This document shows positions 1 to 7,141 of a stretch of 14,961 bases of DNA, piece after piece. Every line of letters begins with the position of its first letter. The stretch's first letter is position 1. This DNA comes from a virus. The notes below the pieces were generated by a model. That model did no database searches and had not been told where the DNA came from. It saw nothing but the letters and a program-made list of their open reading frames with translations. The position numbers and the translations under genes were made by a program. The stretch lies in IMG/VR virus record IMGVR_UViG_3300024992_000003; one strand, given 5' to 3'.

Positions 1-127
1 CCCCGCCGCCGACGCGTGTTCGTCGACGGGAAGGGCTTCCCAGGGGCCTGTCCGCCCCTGGGAAGCCGGTGATAGGACCCCCAACGCCCGCCAGGCGAAA
101 GGAACCCCAACGATGAATTCTACATCC
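1..127. repeat. Terminal direct repeat, identical to 14835-14961 (assembly overlap of a circular molecule)
   Basis: Base-by-base comparison: ccccgccgccgacgcgtgttcgtcgacggg...cgatgaattctacatcc occurs at both ends; offset 14834. Confidence 0.95.
35..66. promoter_or_regulatory. Perfect 12-bp inverted repeat (gcttcccagggg / cccctgggaagc) with 8-nt loop; operator or T-tract-less terminator upstream of the 113-331 ORF
   Basis: Arms 35-46 and 55-66 are exact reverse complements; each arm carries the recurrent CCCCTGGGA motif. Confidence 0.5.
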
Positions 128-331
128 TCGTCTACTGCCGAGCCGCCCTCTTCCGACCTGGGGGCGGGCGTGCTCGTCGTCACCGTCGGCGCGTCCGCCC
201 CCTTCGAGCCGACGTCCCCGCCGCCCCTCGCGGCCCCTTGGATCCCGCCTTGGGCCTGGGACGCCGCTTGCCGCTACGGCCCGACCGCCGTCCGGATCGC
301 CGTCGAGGCCGCCATCCGGTACGCATCCTGA
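113..331 (+). CDS. Hypothetical 72-aa protein
   Basis: ATG preceded by aaaggaa; G/C-rich third codon positions; no recognisable motif. Confidence 0.45.
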   Translation: MNSTSSSTAEPPSSDLGAGVLVVTVGASAPFEPTSPPPLAAPWIPPWAWDAACRYGPTAVRIAVEAAIRYAS

Positions 332-499
332 CCATCGAAGGACGGCCCTACGATCGAACCTCCGGGGCGGGGCCGCTCTTCCTACCGAGTTCACGAACGA
401 TCTGTGGAACGCCCCTGGGACACCGGCTGATCCTACCCGATGACGACGGCTTACGCGGGCCGTCAGGCAGGCCCGATGGAATGCACTTCGAGGATCACC

Positions 500-721
500 A
501 TGAGCGTCAACCACACGATCACCGTCAACAACACGAGCGGAGACATCATCCAGGCCGCCCACTACGGGAGCCTAGTCGCCATCCCGGAAGTCGGTGACTT
601 GGTGGGCGTCCGCGACAAGTCGTGCCTCGTGAAGACTCGGACGTTCACGCACGGGCAAAGCCAGGTGTGGGTGGCCCTGACCGTCGTCGAGGTGAAGGAA
701 CTGCCTCGCGGCGAGGGTTGA
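500..721 (+). CDS. Hypothetical 73-aa protein (MSVNHTITV...)
   Basis: Internal ATG at 500 preceded by GAGGA (tcGAGGAtcaccATG); coding-like codon bias; the ORF-track start at 440 lacks an SD. Confidence 0.5.
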   Translation: MSVNHTITVNNTSGDIIQAAHYGSLVAIPEVGDLVGVRDKSCLVKTRTFTHGQSQVWVALTVVEVKELPRGEG

Positions 722-746
722 CGGACGGGGTTCCGGTCGCAGCGAC

Positions 747-798
747 GGGCGGGAGGGAACCCGCCCGGATTCGCTCAAGCGACCATCGACGGTCGCTT
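747..798. terminator. Two GC-rich hairpins between convergent genes (gggcggg/cccgccc at 747-766; aagcgacc/ggtcgctt at 777-798)
   Basis: Exact 7-bp and 8-bp stems; no clean T-tract, so function is uncertain. Confidence 0.3.
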
Positions 799-836
799 AT
801 CCGGACATAAGAGCGATTATCGGACCCTCCCGGCGG

Positions 837-1229
837 CTAGGAAATCCGTCGACTGATCGCCCGACGCCACGCCTGCCACGCCCTCCATCGCCAGCCCACG
901 GCCCGCTCGATCCCCCACGCTCGGCAGATCCGGAGGAGCGTCCCGAAGTCTCCGGACGCCACGCACAGGCCGACCGCGACGCCGGGCGGCTTCCTCATCA
1001 GCAGCAATTCGTCCGCGCCGACCTGGAGCCGCCAGTACTCCTTACTCCCGTCGTCGGCGTCCTCCGGATACCGTTCGGTGACGACGGCTCCGAAGTCCCT
1101 GCAGAGGCGATCAGCGACGTCGGCGAGGGCCGCATGGTCCGTCATGTCGGCGGGGAATTCGAGCCATCCGCCCCATCCACGTCGCATCGAATGGGTCACG
1201 TAGAGATAAGGTCCGTCGGCCGCTTTCAT
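837..1229 (-). CDS. Hypothetical 130-aa protein (MKAADGPYLYVTHSMRRGWGGW...)
   Basis: Internal ATG at 1229 preceded by a G8 SD-like run; the upstream part of the ORF-track ORF runs into AT-rich promoter-like DNA. Confidence 0.6.
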   Translation of the reverse strand: MKAADGPYLYVTHSMRRGWGGWLEFPADMTDHAALADVADRLCRDFGAVVTERYPEDADDGSKEYWRLQVGADELLLMRKPPGVAVGLCVASGDFGTLLRICRAWGIERAVGWRWRAWQAWRRAISRRIS

Positions 1230-1534
1230 CGTCCGCCCCCCCCAGCACGGTCCAAGGCCCGACCAGCCAGCGAACTCAGGGCCGATTATCGGAATATGCC
1301 AGCATGTGCAATGGCCCGAAATATTCAAGCGGCGGTATCCAATACAATAATATTGAAATTCAAATATGTTAGTATGTATTGGGCGATCGCGATGGTGTAC
1401 GCGAGTCCCCGTTAAATTTCCCTTTGCAGCTTGATTCCCCCCGGAGATCACTTATATTTACAGTACAAGGTCCCCCCTGGCAGGTCGTGCCTGTCTATGC
1501 CATGGAGCATGAAGCGATCGATCATGGAGGGGGG

Positions 1535-1882
1535 ATGAGCCAACCGCCAGCGGAATCACGGAAGGGGCTTATGAAACTGACACCCCAGCAGTTCGTTGTC
1601 TTGCGACTCTTGAATGATCAGGGATCGCTCTGGGGGAGGGATATCCGCAGGGGTCTCAAGGCGCAGTCGTTCTATGCGACGAACCAGTCGTTCTACGAGC
1701 TCATGGACCGGCTGCAAGGGGCCGGCCTCGTGACCAAAGAAGTCAAAGCCCGCCCCCTTGCGGGAGGGGCTACGTCGGACGAGCTCCACTACTCCATCAC
1801 CCACGAGGGTGAATTGATCTTGAACAAGGCCTTCGAGTTTTACGATCGCAATCGGAAGATCGTAATTCCCGCAGGCACCTGA
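1535..1882 (+). CDS. PadR/MarR-like winged-helix transcriptional regulator (115 aa)
   Basis: ATG at 1535 preceded by GGAGGGGGG; pattern LRLLNDQGSLWGRDIRRGL...SFYELMDRLQGAGLVTKE...HYSITHEGE resembles the PadR wHTH layout. Confidence 0.6.
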   Translation: MSQPPAESRKGLMKLTPQQFVVLRLLNDQGSLWGRDIRRGLKAQSFYATNQSFYELMDRLQGAGLVTKEVKARPLAGGATSDELHYSITHEGELILNKAFEFYDRNRKIVIPAGT

Positions 1883-1887
1883 AGATC

Positions 1888-1901
1888 GCATGACGTCATG
1901 C
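1888..1901. promoter_or_regulatory. Perfect 14-bp palindrome gcatgacgtcatgc just after the regulator gene
   Basis: Self-complementary by inspection; contains a TGACGTCA core. Confidence 0.4.
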
Positions 1902-1944
1902 TAGTCGTGTCTCGAAAAATCGGAGTTGAGATTGATTCCGATTC

Positions 1945-1994
1945 TTGACTCATGCCAGGGCGTCCCTTATAGTGTGATGACAGGGACGCCCTGG
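1945..1994 (+). promoter_or_regulatory. Sigma70-like promoter (TTGACT-17 nt-TATAGT) interlaced with a perfect 13-bp inverted repeat (1955-1967 / 1982-1994); candidate operator-promoter for 2124-2609
   Basis: -35 at 1945-1950, -10 at 1968-1973, spacer exactly 17 nt. IR arm 1 fills the spacer and arm 2 sits near the predicted +1. Confidence 0.4.
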
Positions 1995-2123
1995 CAGGGT
2001 TAACCTGCTAAATAGGGCGGCCGCAACGGTTATAAGGATAAGTTGAGCAACAAAGGTGAAAGCGACGATGGAGATGATCGCGAGGTTCCCCCCCTGATCA
2101 ACACCTAATTCGAGAGGCCTGCG

Positions 2124-2609
2124 ATGGAGCTGCCCCAAGAGTTCTGGGTCTACATCCTCCTGCTAGTCGTCGTGCCCCGTCTGCTGATGTTGGTCATCCT
2201 CCGCCTCGTAAGGAAGCGAAGCCCCGAAGGATTAGAATTGGCGGACCGAACTCGCCCTACCTGCCGCGTCTGGACGAACGAGTTGGTCCTGAAATCCTGG
2301 CGCCCCCTACTGCTCTTCATCCCCGCTTCAGACCGCGCCCAGTTCTGCATTGAGTCGTTGTCCGAGCGAGCGTCGGATTGCCATGATTGGGTGTTCGTAG
2401 CGACACCCATAGTCGCTTGGTTTCGCTTCATGGTGCAGACCGCCAAGGTCATTTGCGACATCGCTGGATATCACGTCCGTCGCGTAAAAAGACGCCTCGA
2501 AAACGAAGTGCTCTGGATCCTTCGCGTCTGCCTCGCCTACCTCCCCTCGACCGATCCGGCCGACGACATCAACCCCTCGACCGATCCGACTGACGACATC
2601 AACAGCTAA
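2124..2609 (+). CDS. Membrane-anchored hypothetical protein (161 aa) with C-terminal PSTDP(A/T)DDIN x2 repeat
   Basis: N-terminal hydrophobic helix FWVYILLLVVVPRLLMLVILRLV; GAGAGG 7 nt upstream of the ATG. Confidence 0.6.
   Translation: MELPQEFWVYILLLVVVPRLLMLVILRLVRKRSPEGLELADRTRPTCRVWTNELVLKSWRPLLLFIPASDRAQFCIESLSERASDCHDWVFVATPIVAWFRFMVQTAKVICDIAGYHVRRVKRRLENEVLWILRVCLAYLPSTDPADDINPSTDPTDDINS
2543..2602 (+). repeat. 30-bp tandem repeat x2 (28/30 identical) inside the 3' end of the 2124-2609 CDS
   Basis: cccctcgaccgatccggccgacgacatcaa / cccctcgaccgatccgactgacgacatcaa. Confidence 0.9.
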
Positions 2610-2715
2610 TCTAAGCCCAGCCTCCCAGGCCGGACCGCGGCGCACACAGTACGCGCTGATTAGTTCGGAATAACAAGTGAACAGATGTTGACATCTATGC
2701 AAACAGGAGATAGTG

Positions 2716-2901
2716 ATGTTTGCTACGTTCATTCGTTACTTGATCTGCATCCTGCTTAGGCTCGCGGACAAGTTCATCGAAGATTCCGGTTTCATCCGCC
2801 GCCGTCGCCGTCGCATCGCCAGGATGATGTTCTTCATAATCATCCTGCTCTGGGTCCTGGTGTCCGTCGCTCTGGAGATGAGTGTTGAGAATCTGGCCTG
2901 A
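2716..2901 (+). CDS. Small two-helix membrane protein (61 aa) with an RRRRRR loop (holin-like or small-toxin-like topology)
   Basis: AGGAGA SD at 2705-2710, 5 nt before ATG 2716. Two hydrophobic segments (FATFIRYLICILLRLA, MMFFIIILLWVLVSVAL) flank an Arg-rich loop. Confidence 0.55.
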   Translation: MFATFIRYLICILLRLADKFIEDSGFIRRRRRRIARMMFFIIILLWVLVSVALEMSVENLA

Positions 2902-2992
2902 CGCCCTGCATCTCGACACCCAGGAGTGACGGCGCGGAACCATCCGACGGCGTCGAACAGTGTCGCATGTCGAAGGCGTGCAACCTCACAAT

Positions 2993-3040
2993 CCGGCCGG
3001 GCCGCCCCATTCGCGAGGCGGGCCCGGCCGCTCGTGTTTC
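2993..3040 (+). terminator. GC-rich hairpin (ccggccgggccgcc / ggcgggcccggccg, one bulge) followed by gtgtttc, between convergent genes
   Basis: Arms 2993-3006 and 3017-3030; short T-rich tail. Confidence 0.35.
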
Positions 3041-3088
3041 TCGACGCCTCCAGCGTCGCTCAGGCCACCGCACACTCGCTCGTGCTGT

Positions 3089-3700
3089 TCATGAGGCGCT
3101 TCTCGACGCTTCGTCGATCTCCCGGCGAAGTTTCTCCATCCGGGCGAGCCTCGCGGCGTCCAACGGCTCCCGCCCCTGCCTCACGCCGACTTCCGTCCCC
3201 TGGTATGCCGGGTACGTCACCGGGGAGACGTCGAATAGGTCCAGGTCCATCACGTCCCGCTCGATCAGGCGGCGGTTCGTCCCGCGATCCATCGAGCGCG
3301 TGACCGCCTGGCCGCCGGGTCGGATCCTGAACCCGAAGGACGACCCAGTGACGTCGCGCCGGCGGATGAAGATGAGGCAGTCTCGGCCGATGGTGGTGTC
3401 CGACATGTCGACTTCGTAGGCCAGGCCGTGCGAGTCGACCGTAAGCCGGCAGGTCCCGGAGAGCGTCCGGCCCAGCAGCAATCTCGGGTCGTGGTTGAAC
3501 AGGGCCCGGACGTCCTGGCGCTCGCGGATGGCCCTCGCGAACGCCCCGGGCCGGATGCGCTCCCGGATGACGACGTGGGCGTCCTCGTACAGCGTCGTCC
3601 ATTGGTCGAAGACGGCCGCATAGCCGCGGATGACCGGGGGCGCCCCCCCCGAATCCCGCAAGCCCACCGGCCCCGATACGTCTCGATACTCGATGCTCAT
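3089..3700 (-). CDS. HK97-family prohead (capsid maturation) protease, peptidase S78
   Basis: 203 aa with GYAAVF, PGAF, LFNHD (His), LLGRT, GLAYEV, DVTGSSFGF (Ser) and FDVSPVTYPAYQGT, in the order typical of PF04586. Confidence 0.9.
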   Translation of the reverse strand: MSIEYRDVSGPVGLRDSGGAPPVIRGYAAVFDQWTTLYEDAHVVIRERIRPGAFARAIRERQDVRALFNHDPRLLLGRTLSGTCRLTVDSHGLAYEVDMSDTTIGRDCLIFIRRRDVTGSSFGFRIRPGGQAVTRSMDRGTNRRLIERDVMDLDLFDVSPVTYPAYQGTEVGVRQGREPLDAARLARMEKLRREIDEASRSAS

Positions 3701-3762
3701 GGTGCCACCCAGGGGGGGGGAGACGTCCCCGCCCTATTTCGCGGGGACGGGGGCGTCGAAGT

Positions 3763-3999
3763 TCAGACTGAAGCTGCGAACTCCCGACCCGAACGGTAGG
3801 GCCGCGGGGACGTCACGCCGCGGACGTCGTCCGCCCCGGCGACGACTTCGACGGCCCCCGACTCCAACAGGATCTTGGCTTCGACGGGATGGGCGTCGAA
3901 CTCCGTCCCTTTGCGGATCTGGATGAAGTTGCCGTCCCTGAACCCCTGGCGGACGGCTTCGGCGTCCAATACTCGGACCCTTACAGTTTTCGTGTTCAT
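3763..3999 (-). CDS. Hypothetical 78-aa protein carrying one copy of the module repeated in the two upstream paralogues
   Basis: Good third-position GC. FIQIRKGTEFDAHPVEAKILLESGAVEV resembles the KGEV..(V/L)PE...LL segments of 4072-4596 and 4644-5147. Weak SD. Confidence 0.55.
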   Translation of the reverse strand: MNTKTVRVRVLDAEAVRQGFRDGNFIQIRKGTEFDAHPVEAKILLESGAVEVVAGADDVRGVTSPRPYRSGREFAASV

Positions 4000-4026
4000 G
4001 ATTTACTAGCTCTATGCGTCGTCGTG

Positions 4027-4060
4027 AAAGAAAACCCCCGCCGACGTCGGTCGGCGGGGG
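4027..4060 (-). terminator. Rho-independent terminator after the capsid operon
   Basis: Perfect 11-bp stem cccccgccgac / gtcggcggggg (4035-4045, 4050-4060) with a 4-nt loop, followed on the - strand by TTTTCTTT (4027-4034). It lies 12 nt after the stop at 4072. Confidence 0.7.
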
Positions 4061-4071
4061 CGTGGATCGGG

Positions 4072-4596
4072 TCAGGAGTGGTAATTGACGTCGAACGTCA
4101 CGTCCGCGACCATGGCGCGGAGCGTCTCCGGAGGCAGGGTGAATTCGGCCCCCGGGGCGATATTGAACCGGGCATGGACCGGACTTTGGAGCAATCCCCA
4201 AACCACGTCTTCCGGAAGCTCCTGAACCTCGCCTTTCATCAGGATCCGATGGCCGACGCAGGCGTCGTCCTCCGTGCCGATGACTTTGATCTTGGGAATG
4301 ACGCCCAGCTTCCCCACGGGCTCGTCGTAGTACCCGTGACCTCGGCTGCGCAAGAGGATGCTCCCCATCCGCGTGAGCTTGAACGAGTCGATTTCGACCA
4401 TCCCGTTCCAGCACATCTCTCGGATGGCGTCCCGCTCGCAGAGCGAAATCGTCTGGCCTTTCTTCACGGCCTTGCCGCCGATCGCCCCGTCTTGGACGAC
4501 CTTGACGCTGATCCGCGGGCCCTCGAATTCATCCGGCCCTTCGATCGTGCCGTCCGAGTGAAAGAAGCGCTCGATGACTTTGACGGTGGCAGACAT
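4072..4596 (-). CDS. Capsid-cluster protein, paralogue B (174 aa), unknown function
   Basis: ATG at 4596 preceded by GGAGA (cacGGAGAattgatATG). Shares ERDA, KGEV..(V/L)PE and FTL blocks with 4644-5147. Confidence 0.75.
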   Translation of the reverse strand: MSATVKVIERFFHSDGTIEGPDEFEGPRISVKVVQDGAIGGKAVKKGQTISLCERDAIREMCWNGMVEIDSFKLTRMGSILLRSRGHGYYDEPVGKLGVIPKIKVIGTEDDACVGHRILMKGEVQELPEDVVWGLLQSPVHARFNIAPGAEFTLPPETLRAMVADVTFDVNYHS

Positions 4597-4643
4597 ATCA
4601 ATTCTCCGTGATTCGATTTCTTGGCGTCCCCGGCTCGTCGGGG

Positions 4644-5147
4644 TTAGAAGACGTTGAAGGCGTCGAGCTTCGGGTCCGTCCACGCCGCTTCCAACTCCCG
4701 GGACGAGAGCGTGAAGCCCCCCGCCGTCTCCAGGTCGGGGCTGTTGAATCGGTGCCGTCTGAGGAGCACGTAGGCCACCCTCTCCGGCACCTGGACGACT
4801 TCGCCCTTCGTCATCAAGCGGTTGGCGCACATGACGCCGTCCCGCTTGGCGACCATCAGGACGACCGGCCCGGATTCGTCTTTGGGGCCGGCTATGACGT
4901 AGGGCCGGGACCCCTCGCCCGCCAGGTAATCGAGGCCCTGGGGGCTCAACTCGCCCGGCCGGACCTCCACCGTCCCGACGATCGAAGCGTCCACGGCGTC
5001 GCGCTCGCGGAGGTAGACGGGGGCCCCCGCCGGCCAGGCGACGCCCGACCCGTCGGCGACGACGCCCGCCCTGAGGATCTTGACCAGGACGAACGGGCCG
5101 CGAGACGCGGCCGTGCCGCCCCCCCGCCCTCCTTCCGGATTGCTCAT
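4644..5147 (-). CDS. Capsid-cluster protein, paralogue A (167 aa), unknown function
   Basis: ATG at 5147 lies 26 nt after the MCP stop. The long upstream extension in the ORF track (to 5873) overlaps the MCP gene and is an Arg/Gly-rich artefact. Confidence 0.75.
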   Translation of the reverse strand: MSNPEGGRGGGTAASRGPFVLVKILRAGVVADGSGVAWPAGAPVYLRERDAVDASIVGTVEVRPGELSPQGLDYLAGEGSRPYVIAGPKDESGPVVLMVAKRDGVMCANRLMTKGEVVQVPERVAYVLLRRHRFNSPDLETAGGFTLSSRELEAAWTDPKLDAFNVF

Positions 5148-5173
5148 CGATGCGTCCCCGTCGCGGATGGTGT

Positions 5174-6328
5174 TCAGCCGGTGGCGACGTCGCCGACGAC
5201 GCCGAAGCTGAGCAGGTGCAGGAACGCGACGTCGACGTCCTGGAACGCGGAGACCTGGATCACGCCGTCCGTCGACTGCCTGTAGGGGTCCACCAGCAAG
5301 TCCACCGGCGTGAACAGGTTCACGACGCAATCCCGCCAGTTGCCGAACAGCAGCGGCGACAGGTTCGTCCCGCTCCCCTTCGCCAGATTGCTCGGGACGT
5401 TCGTGGTGGCGTAGGCCGGTTTCCCGACGACTCGCTCGAAGTCCGACCAGAGCCAATTCGACCCGTCGGCGATCGTCCGCATCTTCGCCCGGACGTTCGG
5501 CGAGCCGATCCAGCCCATCGAGACGTCCGCCGGCGCGTCGCCGTTGGCCGCCCCGACCAGCCGTTCCAACTCGACCAATGCGGCCCGCGTCGCGGGGCCG
5601 CCGTTCGCCCCGATCGCCACGGAGTTGACGCCCCCCGTGTTCAACAGGCCCGTCGGCTTCCCGACGCCGTCGCCGACCAGGCCGACGCGATCGATCTCGA
5701 CGCCGATGCCGGTCGCGATGTCGGCCAGGACGCGACGCTCGTGGTCGCGCTCGAAGGCCGATTTCAGCAGCCTCCTCGTGACGGCCACCTTCGCCGACAC
5801 CGTCTTCGGCGTCAGCGTCACGGCGTCGGTCGTCGGGTTCGCCTCCGGGGCGCCCGCCCCCTCGGCCGTCCAACCCACCGCCGCCGCCGTCCCACGGCGA
5901 GGGAGCTTCACCTTGCCGCCCTGATCGCGGGGGAGCGACAGGACCCGAGCCCCCAGGCTCCCCAGGACGGTCCGGGCTCGCAAGGCGTCGACGACCCCGA
6001 GGTCCGGCACGACGGTTCTGACCGCCCCCGCCCCGGTCGTCGAATCCAGGGCCCGTTCCTCCGACTCCGCATCCCCCAGGACCGGGACCCAGAACCCCCG
6101 GGGGGAGCGGTTCGGGTGTCGCCTACGAAGCTCAGAGTCGACCTCCCCTTCCAGGCCGTCCACTCTCCCCGGAGGCCGCCCGGCCTTGCTGGCGCTCTCG
6201 ATCGCCCGGAGAAGCGAATATCGATGCCTGCCGTTCCTCGTATTCCCGGGGTCCTGATGCGGAAGAGGGCCCCAGGAACGACCCTCGACCGCCGTACCGT
6301 AGAACTCGCCGAAACTCAACGTCGCCAT
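5174..6328 (-). CDS. HK97-fold major capsid protein (384 aa)
   Basis: Layout typical of HK97-family MCPs (PF05065/TIGR01554): N-terminal YSLLRAIE...GLEGEVDSEL...SPRGFWVPV, central TPKTVSAKVAVTRRLL, GLLNTGGVN, C-terminal PLLFGNW...DGVIQVSAFQDVDV. Start set at MATLSF (ATG 6328, AAGGGA upstream). Confidence 0.92.
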   Translation of the reverse strand: MATLSFGEFYGTAVEGRSWGPLPHQDPGNTRNGRHRYSLLRAIESASKAGRPPGRVDGLEGEVDSELRRRHPNRSPRGFWVPVLGDAESEERALDSTTGAGAVRTVVPDLGVVDALRARTVLGSLGARVLSLPRDQGGKVKLPRRGTAAAVGWTAEGAGAPEANPTTDAVTLTPKTVSAKVAVTRRLLKSAFERDHERRVLADIATGIGVEIDRVGLVGDGVGKPTGLLNTGGVNSVAIGANGGPATRAALVELERLVGAANGDAPADVSMGWIGSPNVRAKMRTIADGSNWLWSDFERVVGKPAYATTNVPSNLAKGSGTNLSPLLFGNWRDCVVNLFTPVDLLVDPYRQSTDGVIQVSAFQDVDVAFLHLLSFGVVGDVATG

Positions 6329-6475
6329 GCTGCTTTCCCTTGATGCTGAACCTTTGATGAAACCGCGCGCGGCGTCGCCCACGGCCCTGGAAGGCCCGTG
6401 GAAGCGTCCGCGAGACGCACCGCTCCGTTTACTCGCCCCTTCTCCGGAAGCCCCGTGCAGGGCCTCCCAGGGGGA

Positions 6476-6709
6476 TCAGACCGCCGGCCGGAGGACGTCC
6501 CCCAGGTCGACGGCCGCCAGACGCCTCAAATCGTCCGGCGTCGTCTTCGCCAGTCGGACCCCGACGCCCGACCTGGACAGCCCGACTATCCGCCCGATGC
6601 TCGCGTTGCTGATACCTCGGACGGCGCATCGGGCGATGATCGCCGACCGGATCGCGTCCGCCCGATCGGCGTCGACGCGCACAACCTCCCCCCGCTCATT
6701 AGGCGGCAT
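6476..6709 (-). CDS. Small helix-turn-helix DNA-binding protein (77 aa)
   Basis: ISNASIGRIVGLSRSGVGVRL looks like a sigma-r4/resolvase-type HTH; GGGGAG 7 nt upstream of the ATG; first gene of the capsid transcription unit. Confidence 0.65.
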   Translation of the reverse strand: MPPNERGEVVRVDADRADAIRSAIIARCAVRGISNASIGRIVGLSRSGVGVRLAKTTPDDLRRLAAVDLGDVLRPAV

Positions 6710-6859
6710 TGTCGCACTCCCCGTTAAAGTCGCCCGCGATGTCGCGGTAGATAGCTCCCCGGCCCCTGATCGCTCGGGGCCGGTAGATTACTGGCCTTCG
6801 GCCGCTACTTCGCTCGGACAGATCGACGTCGAAGCGCGCGGATCCTCGGCACCTTGTAC

Positions 6860-6887
6860 ATAATAGCCACCGCCCAGAACTTTGCAA
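6860..6887 (-). promoter_or_regulatory. Candidate promoter of the HTH-capsid operon (TTGCAA-16 nt-TATTAT on the - strand)
   Basis: -35 at 6887-6882, -10 at 6865-6860, inside the AT-rich island 6860-7010. Confidence 0.3.
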
Positions 6888-7008
6888 ACAGTTTCTCAAA
6901 AGCACGATTTGATCTATGAATTAATATGAATTGTACATTGAATCACAAAAGACGACAGCAATATGACTTGCGTATTCCACGTCAATAGGGAACCCCGGCA
7001 AACCGGCG

Positions 7009-7037
7009 AAAAAAAAATTCCACCCAGGGGGGTGGGG
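7009..7037 (-). terminator. Hairpin (ccaccc/gggtgg, 7020-7035) followed by U9 on the - strand (A9 at 7009-7017)
   Basis: Short 6-bp stem with a 4-nt loop and a 9-nt T run on the - strand; it ends the small-ORF/TerS-remnant unit. Confidence 0.45.
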
Positions 7038-7141
7038 TCGCCTCCCTGGCCCGCGGGGGCGTCGCCGTTGATGCGGCTGGCCCGAGTGCCGGCCGCCACA
7101 GCCAGGGCCGTAGGGGCCGGTTTGGGGCCTCTCCTGCCCAT
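7028..7141 (-). pseudogene. N-terminal remnant of a P27-family small terminase subunit
   Basis: MGRRGPKPAPTALAVAAGTRASRINGDAPAGQGGDPTP matches the GRxGPKPxPTxL...N..P N-terminal signature I recall for PF05119. Strong SD (GGAGGAtaggacgATG). The reading frame then runs through the terminator into AT-rich DNA with no further similarity. Confidence 0.55.

Noticed and set aside
1950-2138. 62-aa TTG-initiated ORF on the - strand with a hydrophobic segment
   Set aside because: It lacks an SD, uses a TTG start overlapping the start of 2124-2609, and has low codon bias. Its 3' end is the inverted repeat/promoter at 1945-1994, so the region is more likely a 5' leader on the + strand.
2688-2718. TTGACA-17 nt-TAGTGA promoter-like match upstream of 2716-2901
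   Set aside because: The putative -10 overlaps the start codon and lies downstream of the AGGAGA SD, so the resulting transcript would lack the ribosome-binding site. It is probably a chance match.
4644-5873. 409-aa ORF on the - strand (and similar long ORFs at 5150-6343 +, 5544-5924 +, 3734-4414 -, 3889-4611 +, 4608-5285 +)
   Set aside because: These overlap the confidently identified MCP and paralogue genes in other frames or on the antisense strand. Their translations are Arg/Gly/Pro/Asp-rich and low in complexity, which is typical of open frames in high-GC DNA. Only the last 167 codons of 4644-5873 (from ATG 5147) are kept.
6699-6905. 68-aa TTG-initiated ORF on the - strand overlapping the HTH gene start
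   Set aside because: The only start codons are TTGs inside the AT-rich promoter region, and there is no SD. The 3' half has moderately coding-like codon bias, so it stays a weak possibility, but it is treated as the 5' leader of the capsid operon.
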